A DNA stretch of 64,000 nt, from the NCBI GenBank assembly GCA_973895155.1, contig OZ316894.1, forward strand, positions 14,151,680 through 14,215,679, written 5' to 3'. Positions 61,901 through 64,000 of the stretch are shown here, piece after piece. The translations under genes were made by a program, and so were the position numbers. Within the stretch, counting starts at the first letter, position 1, and the number at the start of each line of letters is the position of its first letter. The notes under the pieces are model-generated. The model was not told the DNA's origin. It searched no databases and was given only the letters and a program-made list of their open reading frames with translations. The DNA comes from Marsupella aquatica. Taxonomy: Eukaryota; Plantae; Marchantiophyta.

Positions 61901-64000
61901 TTTCTTCACAACTATCGTTAGCTCCAGTAGTACGATTGCTTCCTCCACTTGCTGCACCGGTGATGGTACCGGTGTCACATACTCTTCCTTCTGCTCCCCT
62001 CTCTCCACCTCAAATCGCCATGGTGATCCTCATGCTTCAAGCTCCACATCTTCGAATTTCTTCTCCGAATCACTCATGTGAGAAAATCACAAAAAATGTT
62101 GTTTTTCAAAACTTCTCAAAAAACTCAAAACTAATCACCATTGCATAGCCCACAAAGTTAGGAGTCCAACACTGAAAACCAAAATTGAAACCAAAATCCG
62201 ACAAAAAAGTTATTCAAATTTTGGTCGGGGTGGGTAAAACCTTGGGAACTCTCCCGTTTTGACCACCTCAGGGAATAACCAAGTACAACCTATCATTGGA
62301 ATTGCGATTCAATTGGTGCACTCCATTGCTAACTTCATTGGCTACGTCCTCGCCAAAAAAGATTTGAAAAAGTTATCATTTGGACCTTAGAATTTCTAAC
62401 TAACTGCCAAAAAATAGCTCTCTATTTTTTTGGGATATTCCCTGCATAGTACAACAGGGCTTATAGGGGGCCGTTCCCCTGTCGGAGCGATTAAAATAGA
62501 GGGTCATCGGGCCCGGGATGAGGGAGAACCAATGGAAATCCGGGAAAAAATATTAAAACCAGGCCTAAAGGGGTTTTAAGGGCCCTTAACAAAAAATTCC
62601 TTTGTATAAGGGCCAGGCCAAATGCGGGAGGGAGTTGCACAGGGTGTATGGTCGGGCAAGTATGGGGTCGGGCGTGGGGGCATCAAGACAGCCGCGTACT
62701 CGCGGCGTACGCTGCAAAGGGTGGGGTCGGGGGTCACAAGGCAGTCATCGGGGCAGGCAACAACTGGCAAAGGAAGGGAGGGCACCGGGCAAGCCACAAC
62801 CCGTGGCTTGCGGGTCAAAGAGGCGGAAATACAAAGGCGGGTGGCGGAGCGCGCGCCGTGGTTGCCGTTGAGTGTAGCCGATTGGGAGGAGGGGGTATGC
62901 AGGGGTGTGGGGGTATGCACGGGAGTACGTGCGTGTATACACACATTTTTGTGTGTATTCACACAAAACTCCTCTAAGGTAACCTAAATAAAAATTTTGC
63001 TGAAAAAACGCCGGTTACACACCTTAATTGCCACTGCTTTGCACGAGAAAAATGACTATCACTGACGGAAAAAGTTGCCAAATTGCACCGGCACAGTCTG
63101 CAAGCTCAACAGAGAAAAAACTTCTTGTCATGTCGCCTTCACTCCACGTCAAGGGCTAATCTTGGACTCAAAATGACCGCTTCTTCGTGATGTCTTCGTT
63201 GAGCCTTAGCACTTTGCGTTTCTTTCTTTGAGTCGGACGTGACAACAAGAAAACCCGGTTCAGATGGGAACAAGCTCCATATTTTATAAAACATTTGAAT
63301 GTCTCTTTCACTAGTTGTATTGCACTTGGTAAACACTCGGCAACAATTCAGCTACCGAAATGACCAGCTCGCCTCAACCTACAACTTGAGTAGTAACATG
63401 CAACACCTCGTGCACCGCAAAGCTCACACCGTTTCAAAAACCAACTCTGGTCTCTTCCCCCAAAATGCCGCCAAACACAAAAAATTCAGAGACAAACATT
63501 TTCTGCGAGTACTCCTCACTCAGAAATTTGATCGATGATTTCTAACAGTTAGAAAGCTCTCTCAACAATCTATCCGATGAGCCCACCACCAACCAGTTTC
63601 ATGTGACAAAAACTCCCGGGATCTTCAAACCATCAACTACACAAGAAATTCTTGTCACCACAGTGTCACCTCCCAGGCATGCTCTGATACCACTTGTTGG
63701 GTAAATTCCTTATGCCGAGACATCATGCACATGTAAATACCATACAAGTAATCGACACAACAAGTACGTGGTTCACCTCCCGATTGAGGCTACGTCCACA
63801 GGAGAGCAATACTCAACATCCTTGAGAGATTTCTAACGTACCCAAGAAGTTATCCAACAAATTTTCCCTCGAGGAGAATATCACAGTTTGTTTTTGCCAT
63901 TTCTCCTTAGTAGCGCAATCATTGCGCTCCATGACTTGGGCTTGCCTTTGGCCCACTAGGAGACACCACTCCCCTCAAATATGCTTCTAGACCTGACACC

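Larger units (their letters stand above)
53182..63818 (-). mobile_element. Ty1/copia LTR retrotransposon (decayed) with nested insertions
   Basis: LTRs 63695-63818 and 53182-53473 (both read TGTTG...CAACA); 5-bp TSD TCCTT (53177-53181 / 63819-63823); PBS TGGTATCAGAGC (revcomp 63681-63692); PPT revcomp of actccccctt ~53475-53484. Order gag-PR-INT-RT-RH. Confidence 0.92.

Noticed and set aside
62560-62990. Overlapping ORFs in a GC-rich patch of the copia leader
   Set aside because: ORFs in several frames are a by-product of high GC; no protein motifs.

Overview
Eukaryotic DNA from a land plant, probably a non-seed plant (inferred from intron style, TE families and a bacterial-type RF3 gene). 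One intact 16-exon host gene, a probably organelle-targeted bacterial-type peptide chain release factor 3 (minus strand, 33246-43271), is flanked on both sides by nested, mostly decayed transposons: a chromovirus Ty3/gypsy, an Athila-like gypsy with extra ORFs, a Ty1/copia with TSD, and LINE, CACTA and MITE remnants. The standout is three copies of an unusual Ty3/gypsy family (14185-23655 +, ~46450-52896 +, 57223-61305 -). Its polyprotein is Gag-PR-DNMT3-like cytosine methyltransferase-RT-RNaseH-integrase-PHD finger; the methyltransferase is visible in copies 1 and 2 and deleted in copy 3. The termini are not ordinary LTRs. The TG...CA integrase attachment ends lie in the middle of the LTR unit, so the copies are permuted: B-S-internal-PPT-A, or B-internal-PPT-A-GC-B-S-A. 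Copies 1 and 3 have 4-bp TSDs. These are the structures expected if 1-LTR and 2-LTR circles are cut at an internal CA-GC-TG site and integrated. All alignments were done by eye; no database searches were run.
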